A stretch of DNA of 64,000 nucleotides from the IMG/VR virus record IMGVR_UViG_3300010413_000017, positions 9,861-73,860 of that record; one strand, 5' to 3'. This document shows positions 55,473 through 64,000 of the stretch, piece by piece. The position numbers and the translations under genes were made by a program. Numbering within the stretch: the stretch's first letter is position 1; the number at the start of each line of letters is the position of its first letter. This stretch comes from a virus. Under the pieces are notes generated by a model, which was not told where the DNA came from, ran no database searches, and saw only the letters and a list, made by a program, of their open reading frames with translations.

Positions 55473-56017
55473 AAACCTAACCCCTTTTGTGCTTGTATGT
55501 CGTTTCCCCACACATCCCATCCCTTTACTTTACGTCTAGCGAATAACTCAATGTAAGGAGGATGAGATACAACCTCAATCATTTGACGCATAACTTCGGG
55601 TTTGACAGAATGCTCAGTTCGGGGTGCTAAAAATGCTGTTCTACCTTGGGCTCGTTTCCCCGAGATGTCTTGCTTATACGGCAACGTCTTATGGGTTCCA
55701 AATAAACAGTGCTCAGTCATCCCGCGAAAGTACTGTCCCAAACCTATTCTATCCTTAATCCAAGTAATACAAGTTTTGTAAACAAAATCCCACCGTCCCA
55801 TGATTTCTATAGCGTGAGGTAAGTAGTTATTTGTCGTCCATAGGTAGAGGTGACAACCCTCGGGATGAATTAAGGTATTGACAGGAAGACTCATTATTTC
55901 TTTAATGGACATAAGCGGGTAGTGGCGATCTGCCCCACGCTTAATCTTGCCTCCGCCGTATTCAGGCCAAGGCGGGTCGACATAGATTGTCTTATATTTA
56001 CCTTTTGGAAAATCCAC
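55469..56017 (-). CDS. MT-A70 family N6-adenine methyltransferase
   Basis: DPPW, HY..M, LYLWTTN, G.G.YFR..TEH, HS.KP, IELFAR...GW..WGN. Confidence 0.92.
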   Translation of the reverse strand: MDFPKGKYKTIYVDPPWPEYGGGKIKRGADRHYPLMSIKEIMSLPVNTLIHPEGCHLYLWTTNNYLPHAIEIMGRWDFVYKTCITWIKDRIGLGQYFRGMTEHCLFGTHKTLPYKQDISGKRAQGRTAFLAPRTEHSVKPEVMRQMIEVVSHPPYIELFARRKVKGWDVWGNDIQAQKGLGL

Positions 56018-56019
56018 AG

Positions 56020-57024
56020 TTAGTCGTCCAGCAAAAGAAGCGTATGCCTAAAGTTCTCGCCGCTAGCGTAGAGCCGCTCGCCTATCACATAGTGTGTGGC
56101 TTTTCGCAGTATGTCGATAAGATAGTTCGGGTTGACCTGCACCTTAAACTTGATATCGTCATAGTCAATATCTACCGCCTCCTCTAACCATCCACCTGCG
56201 CTCTGAGAGCGAAACAGCATCATACCGGGTTCTACAGTTATCTTAACGGCAGTCTCGGATGAAACAGTCTTGTCAGCCACAATCAAACAACGCTCTAAGG
56301 TATCTCTTGTTTGCTGTGGAAAACTAATCTCGCGCCCCTCGGGCGCAAGATATGACTCTATTTTATCGTCTTCGATAAACTCTCCTTCCACCTGTCTCAC
56401 ACAAAACAGAATGCCTGACTCCCTACATGTAAAATGAATCCAAGAATCGTCCATAGTCATGTGAGTAAAGTTGTACTTGTCTAGATAGGGGACAGCCAAC
56501 CTTGTGATAAGGAAGTCAAACGGACTAGGTGTTGGTAAGATAACTTCACTGGCGCGTCGGCCGTCTGTGCTCCGTACAGTATTTCCCCTGACATGGACGC
56601 ATGTCCAGCGTGGGTATTCCAAACTGTCGGCTGTGGAGAAGCGCGCACCCTGTATAGCTTTTAAGAATCCGTCAGTGATCGGCTTCCACTCGCCTTGAGG
56701 TTCAACGTTTGGATGGCGAATTCCTTCTACACGGAACATGCCTGCACGTGTTCTTCCACATGTGAGACGTATTTCGTTGCCTTGAACGGAAAACTCCATC
56801 TCTTCATGAGTGAGTTTTGAGGTTAACTGAATCAGTTCATTGGCATAAATTGCCCCCGATAAATCTGATTGGAGTGGAACGCTGACGAAGATATCTTCGT
56901 TAAACGTAGTTATCTTGTCCGGATAGAACTTAAGACAGACATGCGCTTGTTCAAAGCCCCTAGATGACAGCCCGGGTTTGAGTTGTGTTAAAATGTCTTG
57001 AAACTCTTGCCTATTTATTCTCAC
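56020..57024 (-). CDS. Sliding clamp (DNA Pol III beta-like)
   Basis: About 334 aa; TDGRR, EGEF, VNP.YL.D.L motifs of DnaN; next to clamp loader. Confidence 0.75.
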   Translation of the reverse strand: MRINRQEFQDILTQLKPGLSSRGFEQAHVCLKFYPDKITTFNEDIFVSVPLQSDLSGAIYANELIQLTSKLTHEEMEFSVQGNEIRLTCGRTRAGMFRVEGIRHPNVEPQGEWKPITDGFLKAIQGARFSTADSLEYPRWTCVHVRGNTVRSTDGRRASEVILPTPSPFDFLITRLAVPYLDKYNFTHMTMDDSWIHFTCRESGILFCVRQVEGEFIEDDKIESYLAPEGREISFPQQTRDTLERCLIVADKTVSSETAVKITVEPGMMLFRSQSAGGWLEEAVDIDYDDIKFKVQVNPNYLIDILRKATHYVIGERLYASGENFRHTLLLLDD

Positions 57025-57427
57025 TTGTGTGTTTTCTCCTCATAGTGATAGTGTATTGTTTTCTTCCTGCGTAATGTTCACGCGTGAAGTATTTAGTCCA
57101 AATTGAAACCTCAAACTGCATATCCCTTGCCGCGGCTCTCATTTGGTCAGCGAAGGATTGAGGTCGGTGTTGTTGGCGTTCCACTTCATCCCACGAGTAG
57201 TAACGGTAACTAGTAACTCTACCTGAGGCGGTTTGCATTTGTACGTAGTTAGCCGGAGACGGAGACGGCCACCCATACTCACCCACCGCGTGACTTATTG
57301 ACATGGAGTAGCTGTCAGATAAGTTACTTATCTCGGAGTCCTGCGGTTCGAATTCTTCGACGCCACAATCGTCGCTTGTAAGGGCGTCGGCGGGTATGAC
57401 AAACTCAAGACGGGTTGAATCAGGCAT
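57011..57427 (-). CDS. Hypothetical protein
   Basis: AGGAG RBS; overlaps both neighbours. Confidence 0.5.
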   Translation of the reverse strand: MPDSTRLEFVIPADALTSDDCGVEEFEPQDSEISNLSDSYSMSISHAVGEYGWPSPSPANYVQMQTASGRVTSYRYYSWDEVERQQHRPQSFADQMRAAARDMQFEVSIWTKYFTREHYAGRKQYTITMRRKHTSENK

Positions 57428-58355
57428 CAGTAATCTCCTGTGGAAGGGAGCGGTAGCACGCGTGAGCAAGTCCGGCGTGGCCGCTGTTAAAGAACGGGGC
57501 TTCGAACCACGAGATGACTTCTGCGGCTCGGCCTATACGTTTGTTTTCGAGCATGTTACTTAAGAAGTATTTCAGGACATAGCGCCGTATACCTTCGGCA
57601 TCCTCCGCACTCAAACTGGATAGTACCGTAGCGACGCGTCGCCAGTTCTCCAAGTTATCAAGAGCTTTACATAGGTCCAGAACAGAGGCTGTTGCTCTAA
57701 CTTCCTCGTCAATGGCGGCGAGAATCATATCCTCGTCTTCCATATCAATGACTTTCCCAAGGGTGGTTAGCGCTGTACGGGGTATGCCTGAGCATACTTG
57801 GCTTATTTTGTTAACAGCCGAGTCCGGGAATTTCCCCACACCTTCTGCTGTCAGCACAATGTTAAGTAATTTCCGAATCTCAGGCCCGTTTAGCGGCCTA
57901 ACATCATAGCGGATGCATCTGTTTTGGACAGTAGGCTTTAGACTTTGCGGTTCTGTAGTGCACAGAATCATAATGAGATGTGCCGGAGGCTCCTCTAGGA
58001 GCTTCAAAATAGCCTCTTGGTACAATGCTGTGCTACCTTGAATCTCGTCTAAGATGAACACCTTGTATGGCTTGCCGTCAAGTGGGCGGTATCTAGCTCT
58101 GTCGATTAAATCTCTAGCGCTGTCAATTCCACGAGCACTGGCAAGGTTGAACTCTTCAACGTTAATCTCACCGCAGTCCACTTTGGATGCGACAATCCTA
58201 GCCAAAGTAGTCTTGCCGCATCCAGTCGGGCCAGCAAATAGCAGAGCCCTAGGTTTGTCTGGCCCCGCTAACGAATCTCGTAGCGCTGTTTTTATCGCCT
58301 CATTCCCCAAGAACTCGTTAAAGTCTCGGGGTCTATGATCTGTGTGAAGTGGCAT
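57420..58355 (-). CDS. Clamp loader ATPase (DnaX gamma/tau-like)
   Basis: RP..F.E..G, GPTGCGKTTLAR, ILDE, LKLLEEPP, TT, NRC (SRC motif). Confidence 0.9.
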   Translation of the reverse strand: MPLHTDHRPRDFNEFLGNEAIKTALRDSLAGPDKPRALLFAGPTGCGKTTLARIVASKVDCGEINVEEFNLASARGIDSARDLIDRARYRPLDGKPYKVFILDEIQGSTALYQEAILKLLEEPPAHLIMILCTTEPQSLKPTVQNRCIRYDVRPLNGPEIRKLLNIVLTAEGVGKFPDSAVNKISQVCSGIPRTALTTLGKVIDMEDEDMILAAIDEEVRATASVLDLCKALDNLENWRRVATVLSSLSAEDAEGIRRYVLKYFLSNMLENKRIGRAAEVISWFEAPFFNSGHAGLAHACYRSLPQEITDA

Positions 58356-58515
58356 AAGAAGGTTCTTTGAACTCCTCTGCTAGGTCGTCTCTTCCGTACG
58401 ACCTGTACTTGTTAGCCCTCGCTTTGTGTAAACAGTCCGAACACAGTTGAGTATGGGTGTCTTTAGGCATCCCACACCTACACTTTTTTCTTGGACGACC
58501 TCTTTTTTTCGCCAT
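58333..58515 (-). CDS. Small basic Cys-rich protein
   Basis: KKRGRPRK AT-hook-like motif plus CxC and CxxC. Confidence 0.5.
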   Translation of the reverse strand: MAKKRGRPRKKCRCGMPKDTHTQLCSDCLHKARANKYRSYGRDDLAEEFKEPSYATSHRS

Positions 58516-58712
58516 TAAACTTCTCCTAAGATTTTAAGGGTATTGTAGGCGACGACGACATCCTCTTTAGTGCCGCCTTTTAGGTAGGCGCGATACGCAG
58601 TTACAACCTTTTGCAGAGCCGCAATTTCTGCGACAACAGCATTCTCACTTCGAGAATAGAGCCACTCTGCGATGTCGGAAGTATCTCCAAACGGGCAGTC
58701 CAACGTAGGCAT
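58515..58712 (-). CDS. Hypothetical protein
   Basis: TAATG-coupled, GGAGG RBS. Confidence 0.5.
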   Translation of the reverse strand: MPTLDCPFGDTSDIAEWLYSRSENAVVAEIAALQKVVTAYRAYLKGGTKEDVVVAYNTLKILGEV

Positions 58713-59308
58713 TATTCCTCCTTTTTCAGAATCCAAAAGTAACTGTGAAATTTGCGTGCGTGAATTTGCCTTTTATGTCGTGGATGCATCATACGATGTT
58801 TGGCTAACAGGATGAACAAGTCAACTGGGATAAAACCGATTTCCTTACTTCTATTGTAGACTTCAACATGCGTAAAATTATTTCTACCTGACAAGACTCC
58901 ATCCTGACATTTGACAATAAGCCATCCTCCGGGTTGGAGTATTCTGTACGCTTCTTTCATCATGTCAGAATAGACGTCCCAGAGGTCTTCAATTGTCCCA
59001 ACGACCTCACCAAACAGCTCTTTTAGACTCGCACCCGGGCCGGTTCTTGCCATGAACGGGGGATCGAGCGCTACACAGTGTACAGACGTATCAGGTAGTG
59101 GCAACGTCCTCGCATCAGCTTGTACTACCCCGTGCTTGGCAGGACGAATGTCAAATTTGAATTTGGGCTGTTCAATCCCGTGCTTGTAGAAATTCCCTCT
59201 TCCATATGTGGCGTCGCATTCAATCGAGCCTGTGTGGAGTTGAATGGCCCACCGCAAGATATCATGTTGAGAGTAAGAAATCGAGGGGATGATGAAGTTT
59301 TTACTCAG
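58712..59308 (-). CDS. Amino-DNA methyltransferase (N6A/N4C type)
   Basis: DATYGRG.F, D.R.LP, DPPF, E.YRIL..GG.L.VKCQD, HARK.HSYF; frame extends to a CTG after AAGGAG. Confidence 0.85.
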   Translation of the reverse strand: MSKNFIIPSISYSQHDILRWAIQLHTGSIECDATYGRGNFYKHGIEQPKFKFDIRPAKHGVVQADARTLPLPDTSVHCVALDPPFMARTGPGASLKELFGEVVGTIEDLWDVYSDMMKEAYRILQPGGWLIVKCQDGVLSGRNNFTHVEVYNRSKEIGFIPVDLFILLAKHRMMHPRHKRQIHARKFHSYFWILKKEE

Positions 59309-59487
59309 CTGTCTCTCCTTGATTGTGGAAGAGTAGGAGCAGTCTCCCCGATGTTAGTCAAGATTCTGTGAACATATTCGCGTAACGCTACAAACAACGC
59401 CATCAGTTCTTCATTTTCCTGTTCAAGCTTTTTTATGTTTGGGTCTCGCCATTTGTGGTTACATTTCGGACATTGTGTTTTTAACAT
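59305..59487 (-). CDS. Zinc-ribbon / coiled-coil small protein
   Basis: CPKC.H.W. Confidence 0.5.
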   Translation of the reverse strand: MLKTQCPKCNHKWRDPNIKKLEQENEELMALFVALREYVHRILTNIGETAPTLPQSRRDS

Positions 59488-59666
59488 CGTTTCCTTTCCT
59501 TAGTGTTGCTTTTGGGTAACTTCCAACTCAACCTGAAGTGTTACCTTCCCATGCGGGCACGAGATAGAGACTCTGTTCCCCTCTTTGCACGGAAAGTTGT
59601 AGTGATAAGTCTTGTATCCACAACACGGCAATGCGACATAGATAATCACGCTCATTGTTCCTCCTT

Positions 59667-60803
59667 TTACATTCTCATAGGTTCCTTGTATTTACCTTTT
59701 GGATTATAGGGCCACGGCCACGGAGGTAATTGTTTGTAAAGATTCCAGAAGTATCTGATGTTAGCCACATCTCTTTTTTTGTAGTCAGTAGAGACTTCTT
59801 CTAACGTCAAGCCTATAGACTCGAGGTATCGGAGTACCTTAGCCTTCGATTCGTCTTTAAGCGTTTGAAAGTGTTCCCTCTCTTTGAAGCGTTTGGGGGA
59901 CTCTTGCGATACAGTAACGCGTAGAGCAACTTTTGCATAATTATGGCCCGTAGGAGTCTCTTCTGGAACGTACAGAGTGCCCATTCGACTTGTCTTGACC
60001 CACGCAGTGGAGTCAACACTAAACCACGGAAACCTAACAATTGAGTCCAACGCTGTCATGGCGAAGCCGTGAAGCTTGCGTTGCGGTATGCCGTCTTTGT
60101 CGCAGATGAACCTGAATATAGCGTTGGCGAACTGCATAAAGCTGTCTCTGTTAGCGCCTGCCGCGACCCCCCCTATACCGATATATTCGTATCTGTCAGC
60201 GTACATTTCGAGAGTTTTCAGGTAACTCAGAGGATCGGATTCGCCCACAGGACCGTGATGTATCACAGGTATCGGATTAAGCCCGTGGGCTGACTCAAGA
60301 TACTGTTGGACTTTTAGGGTCAACTTGGGGTTTTTAATGACGTCGACATTAACATAGACGTCAATCATGTGGCTGTATTTCTTAACCAGCTCAGCGTAGT
60401 TGTCCACATAGTCCCAGAAATCTTGAGTTTCGTAGTAACTGTAGTCTCTTGTATCCCGAGCATGGATATTGAACAATGAGTGCGCTCCAGAGTCCAACAT
60501 GATGGAGTCTTGAATACCCAAGTCTACAGCCGTTTCTGGGTCATACGAGGGTGTGTATGTGCAACCTGCTAACTGGTCTCGCGTGCCTCTTAGATACTCA
60601 ACGTTCTGCCTTTTATCTCCGTACTCTATGATACGCACATCGGCCTCGTCCTTCCAATAAAAATTGGAGAGTAGCCGAAATGGATATCCGCGTGTACGCT
60701 CTTGTACAGCTTCTATCATAGCATCCGCCTGACAGTCTTCCTCAGTCCAAGTAGCTAGATACAAGCGTGAGTTTCGATTGTACTGCCATATGGCCTCGCT
60801 CAT
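59667..60803 (-). CDS. dpdA: DpdA-like DNA-guanine transglycosylase (TGT fold)
   Basis: LDSGA.S, NVDVI, PVIH, YIGIGG, HGF, PW.SVDST.W; within the folE/queD/queE cluster. Confidence 0.75.
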   Translation of the reverse strand: MSEAIWQYNRNSRLYLATWTEEDCQADAMIEAVQERTRGYPFRLLSNFYWKDEADVRIIEYGDKRQNVEYLRGTRDQLAGCTYTPSYDPETAVDLGIQDSIMLDSGAHSLFNIHARDTRDYSYYETQDFWDYVDNYAELVKKYSHMIDVYVNVDVIKNPKLTLKVQQYLESAHGLNPIPVIHHGPVGESDPLSYLKTLEMYADRYEYIGIGGVAAGANRDSFMQFANAIFRFICDKDGIPQRKLHGFAMTALDSIVRFPWFSVDSTAWVKTSRMGTLYVPEETPTGHNYAKVALRVTVSQESPKRFKEREHFQTLKDESKAKVLRYLESIGLTLEEVSTDYKKRDVANIRYFWNLYKQLPPWPWPYNPKGKYKEPMRM

Positions 60804-60809
60804 TGTTCG

Positions 60810-61163
60810 TTAGTCCTTTTGTACCTCTGCTCCGTTTTCGTTGTCCTCAAAAACAGAGACAAAGTCCGCGTTTACTCCTTCCATGATTTCTTTGGCAATC
60901 ATTTCACACGACCGTCCACCAAGGAAGCGTCCATATCCTGCCTCTTGTACATAAGGCCATCTGCTGTGGATGAACAAGTCCACTCGTTCTTTACACACAA
61001 AGAATTCAAGCTCTCTGTTGTCTCCCTTTACTTTCCACTTGACAGTAACATGGAAGATGTGACGATGGAGGTTACGCAGGAATCCAACTTCTTCAATATC
61101 GCAATCGTTCCAAGCATGAAGCCCAACAAAGGACGTACTAACTACTATATAGGTAGTCAGCAT
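60810..61163 (-). CDS. queD: QueD-like 6-carboxytetrahydropterin synthase
   Basis: F.G.H.W, L...HRH.FH, RE.EF, SCEMIA, V.EDNENGA. Confidence 0.7.
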   Translation of the reverse strand: MLTTYIVVSTSFVGLHAWNDCDIEEVGFLRNLHRHIFHVTVKWKVKGDNRELEFFVCKERVDLFIHSRWPYVQEAGYGRFLGGRSCEMIAKEIMEGVNADFVSVFEDNENGAEVQKD

Positions 61164-62202
61164 AGGTGGGGTACTCCTCTCTGTGGCCCCGGAAAACAAT
61201 GTCACAGATGCGTTTTATGGTTGTGGCGAATGTCGCCACGAAGTATTGGCGTTGTTCGGTCACAGCTTGTAACCCTAAATCTCTTCCGTAATACATCATA
61301 GTACGAGCGAGAGTCTTGTAGAGCACACTCTCGTCTTGATAGATAAACAGCGGATCGTAGAGTTCAACATAACTCAATCTGTTCGGGACAACAGGGATGC
61401 ATCCTGCCATCACAGCCTCGACCATAGATAAACCAAACGTTTCTTGGAGATTACATGAGACTGCTATCTTGGACGACGCCAACAAGTGATAGTAATCCCT
61501 TTTATTACGCTTAATCTCCTGCGATTTGACAAATTGCCAGTCAGGGAAGTCGACCCTGAGTTTTTCTGCTATAGAGTCAAACAGCTCCGGTTGTTTCTCG
61601 GGGCAAAGTCTGTGAGGGAAAACAACAATATTTTCTTTTGGAACATCTGTAGGGATACCTTCAGGGTAGACAATAGATCCCATCGCAAACGCTTTTTCCC
61701 TGTCAACAACACGGGTATGACAAGCCAGTTCTTTATGGAAATAAGAGTTGAAGAACAGAAAGTCAGCAATCTTAAACCAACTGTTCTCCAACTCTCTACC
61801 CCAATAATCCAACCCTTTCTGAGCCAAGAAGTCCCAAGGGTCGTATGTACCAGCGTGAAGCCATCCAGCAATCTTGAACTTCAGTCCGAGTGTGTCCCGA
61901 ACATAGGCGAGCATCTCCACACCGGGGAACCAGTAATCGTGAAACAGAAATACATCGTCATCACAGATTTCACCTGTATGAAGTAAGCGCATGATTTCTT
62001 TGAGCTGAGTCGCCTTGTAGTGATTAGTCGAAATAGCGTCTAGGAATACCCCACGTTGGATGTTCCCTGTCAAGGCTTCTCCTATTATATTAACATAGGG
62101 TACTCCAAGACGCTCAAACTCAGCAGGGAACCACCGGAACCATTGTTCTGTGTATCTCTCGTCCAACGGCTCGATGGGAACGTTGATTATCCTAACTGGC
62201 AC
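61138..62202 (-). CDS. GT-B (family 4-like) glycosyltransferase
   Basis: FPHR..PEKQP..F, QETFGLSMVEA...GC.P.VP.RLSY.E. Confidence 0.85.
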   Translation of the reverse strand: MPVRIINVPIEPLDERYTEQWFRWFPAEFERLGVPYVNIIGEALTGNIQRGVFLDAISTNHYKATQLKEIMRLLHTGEICDDDVFLFHDYWFPGVEMLAYVRDTLGLKFKIAGWLHAGTYDPWDFLAQKGLDYWGRELENSWFKIADFLFFNSYFHKELACHTRVVDREKAFAMGSIVYPEGIPTDVPKENIVVFPHRLCPEKQPELFDSIAEKLRVDFPDWQFVKSQEIKRNKRDYYHLLASSKIAVSCNLQETFGLSMVEAVMAGCIPVVPNRLSYVELYDPLFIYQDESVLYKTLARTMMYYGRDLGLQAVTEQRQYFVATFATTIKRICDIVFRGHREEYPTYADYLYSS

Positions 62203-62229
62203 TTAGTCTCCTCTACTTATATTATAGGG

Positions 62230-62439
62230 TTATTCTTCGTCTTCTTCGGCTGTGTCACTCATTTCCAGTATAGCACGCAATACGAGGTAGGGAAGTCCGA
62301 TAGGCCAAAGGACAGACAGGATAGCCATACCAAAAAATGCTGCCGAACGGTCAGTCCCATCCGCCTTCTTTAGACTGTTCCAACTCAACAAAATCTGTCC
62401 GACGAATGCCACCACAATTATTACGATGTAGAATTGCAC
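62230..62439 (-). CDS. Small two-TM membrane protein
   Basis: Two hydrophobic segments. Confidence 0.5.
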   Translation of the reverse strand: MQFYIVIIVVAFVGQILLSWNSLKKADGTDRSAAFFGMAILSVLWPIGLPYLVLRAILEMSDTAEEDEE

Positions 62440-62451
62440 ATAGTCCCCCTT

Positions 62452-63042
62452 TTATTTTTTAGTCCACTCGCGTTGGACGGTAGCCAAGAACTCTGCTTTT
62501 ACAGAGGGTTCCTCGGCAAAAATCCCTCTTATTGTATCTGTAACGAAGGGTACACCGGGCACCTTGACACCGCGACACGCCTCGCACAGATGAGAAGCCG
62601 AGACTATAACCATACAACCTCTGGGTTGAACTTGTTCCATAAAAGTGTCGGCAATACTTTCTGTCAACTCTTCCTGAATAGTCAACCTAGCCGCCGAGTG
62701 GAGAATAAAGCGTATGAGCTTCGAGGCTCCAACTACACGGCCATTCGGAATGTAGCCAAAATGAACTACCCCATTGTAGGGGAGCATGTGATGCTCGCAA
62801 TAACTATAAAAAGGAACTCCTATGCGAGCAACTATTCCGCTGTAAGTAGCGTTAAAGTTTGTGAATGTGAAATCAAACTCATCGTAGCCCCTGAACATCT
62901 CTGCGTATGCCTTAGCTACTCGAGTGGGAGTTTCTAGGAGACCCTCCCTATCGGGATTGTCTCCTAGTTCCCTAATTAAACTCTCGATGAGTTTAGCTAT
63001 CCTCTTCTTCTTCGAGTTTCCAAATCCCGTTTTCTTCGACAA
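62452..63042 (-). CDS. folE: GTP cyclohydrolase I
   Basis: REGL.ETP.RVAK, SYCEHH.LP, G.SKL.R, RL.IQE.LT, HLC...RGV. Confidence 0.95.
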   Translation of the reverse strand: MSKKTGFGNSKKKRIAKLIESLIRELGDNPDREGLLETPTRVAKAYAEMFRGYDEFDFTFTNFNATYSGIVARIGVPFYSYCEHHMLPYNGVVHFGYIPNGRVVGASKLIRFILHSAARLTIQEELTESIADTFMEQVQPRGCMVIVSASHLCEACRGVKVPGVPFVTDTIRGIFAEEPSVKAEFLATVQREWTKK

Positions 63043-63343
63043 CAGTTAGTCCTCGCTTCCTAAGGTGAAGAATGTGGCCTCGTACGCGTGCCCGCCCCAC
63101 TCCTACGGTAGTGGCAATTGTGTCGAGGTCTGCTCCTTGTCGTAAGCAGGCATTCATCCGTGCGGCCTGCGTCCCAGGTCGTTCTTTCATTCCTAACTCC
63201 TTTCGTGTGGTAGATTCAACAGTCTCACATTTTTCAGATACATCGCACTTGACACATTGTTCGTCCTCGGGGTCTCTGTTGCGTCCGAACTCTGGACACA
63301 GTTTACGTAACATCTGTCTTTCGACATCAGAAACAGGTTCCAT
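62993..63343 (-). CDS. HTH-containing hypothetical protein
   Basis: Cys cluster plus IATTVGVGRARVRGHI helix-turn-helix-like segment. Confidence 0.5.
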   Translation of the reverse strand: MEPVSDVERQMLRKLCPEFGRNRDPEDEQCVKCDVSEKCETVESTTRKELGMKERPGTQAARMNACLRQGADLDTIATTVGVGRARVRGHILHLRKRGLTVVEENGIWKLEEEEDS

Positions 63344-63359
63344 GTTACAAACCCTCCTT

Positions 63360-64000
63360 TTATGGCATGTCTATAAGTTTGTGGATTTGACAACTTAATA
63401 AGACGTTCCAAAGCCTATCACGTATCATCCAATCAGCCAACTGTGAAGCAAGTAAACCAAAATGACGAGTGGGAGTTCCGATGCACAAGGGGCTAAAGGC
63501 AAACCTTGCCGGAATGTGTGGGGAATAGCTCTCGACGATGTACTTGGCTATTTCGTAGTCGCGAGAATCAGCGATAACGCATTTAATCCAATCGTGTGAA
63601 CGTAACTTTTTATAAACAGCGGCAAAGTCCGGAGTTGCACTTTTGCCTTTTAGTCCAGAACTCGGCAGTTTGTAGTCAACGACAAAGGACACCTTGTCGT
63701 CGTCCAGTCGAAAAATTTTGAATGGAGAGATTGTACCGTTTGTTTCGATAGAGAAGGTCGGGTTTCTGAGCTTCGATGAGTACTTAAGGGATTCTATTAG
63801 TATCCAGACTTCCTCGCCCTGCAACAAAGGCTCTCCACCTGTGATTGTAATATTTGGACAGCCCAGCTCCTCAACGGTGGCGACAACTTCGTTTAGCCTC
63901 ATTTCGTTGTCGCCAGTCTGTTGGGCGTTTGGCACATCGCACCACGTACAGGACAAGTTGCACCCAGCTAGGCGTATAAAGGTTGCCAATCCGCCTTGTC
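63360..64000 (-). CDS. queE: 7-carboxy-7-deazaguanine synthase (radical SAM), 5' end outside the window
   Basis: FIRLAGCNLSCTWCD, ITGGEPLLQ, IETNGT, DYKLPSSG, QIHK. Confidence 0.92.
   Translation of the reverse strand, partial: QGGLATFIRLAGCNLSCTWCDVPNAQQTGDNEMRLNEVVATVEELGCPNITITGGEPLLQGEEVWILIESLKYSSKLRNPTFSIETNGTISPFKIFRLDDDKVSFVVDYKLPSSGLKGKSATPDFAAVYKKLRSHDWIKCVIADSRDYEIAKYIVESYSPHIPARFAFSPLCIGTPTRHFGLLASQLADWMIRDRLWNVLLSCQIHKLIDMP

Noticed and set aside
1-64000. Stop-codon reassignment or prophage boundary
   Set aside because: Genes are full length in the standard code and end in TAA, TAG and TGA; no integrase or host housekeeping block is visible

Overview
A 64 kb fragment of a tailed dsDNA bacteriophage. 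The peptidoglycan-binding endolysin and GGAGG ribosome-binding sites point to a bacterial host; B12-dependent enzymes hint at an anaerobe. Bases 1-17.3 kb (+ strand) hold a siphovirus-type tail module: partial tape measure, lambda M/L/K/J-like tail tip, and unusually many tandem paralogs. Bases 17.4-64 kb (- strand) hold a large nucleotide-sugar and glycosyltransferase cluster, envelope enzymes, a fragmented SbcCD (Mre11/Rad50), ThyA, endolysin, tRNAs, class II RNR, RecA/SSB/UvsY, a UDG-PolA fusion, clamp and clamp loader, two DNA methyltransferases and a 7-deazaguanine DNA-modification cluster (queE, folE, queD-like, dpdA-like). The standout is a TIGR-Tas-type RNA-guided locus: an HNH + Nop/IS110-like gene (51604-52632) flanked on both sides by exact 36-nt dual-spacer units (4 upstream, 7 downstream). 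Also striking: a complete tRNA-Thr nested sense-strand inside the open reading frame of the RNR gene, a tRNA-Gly nested in another CDS, and a patchwork of tRNA fragments at 44.3-44.6 kb. All calls come from reading motifs by eye; no database searches were run.
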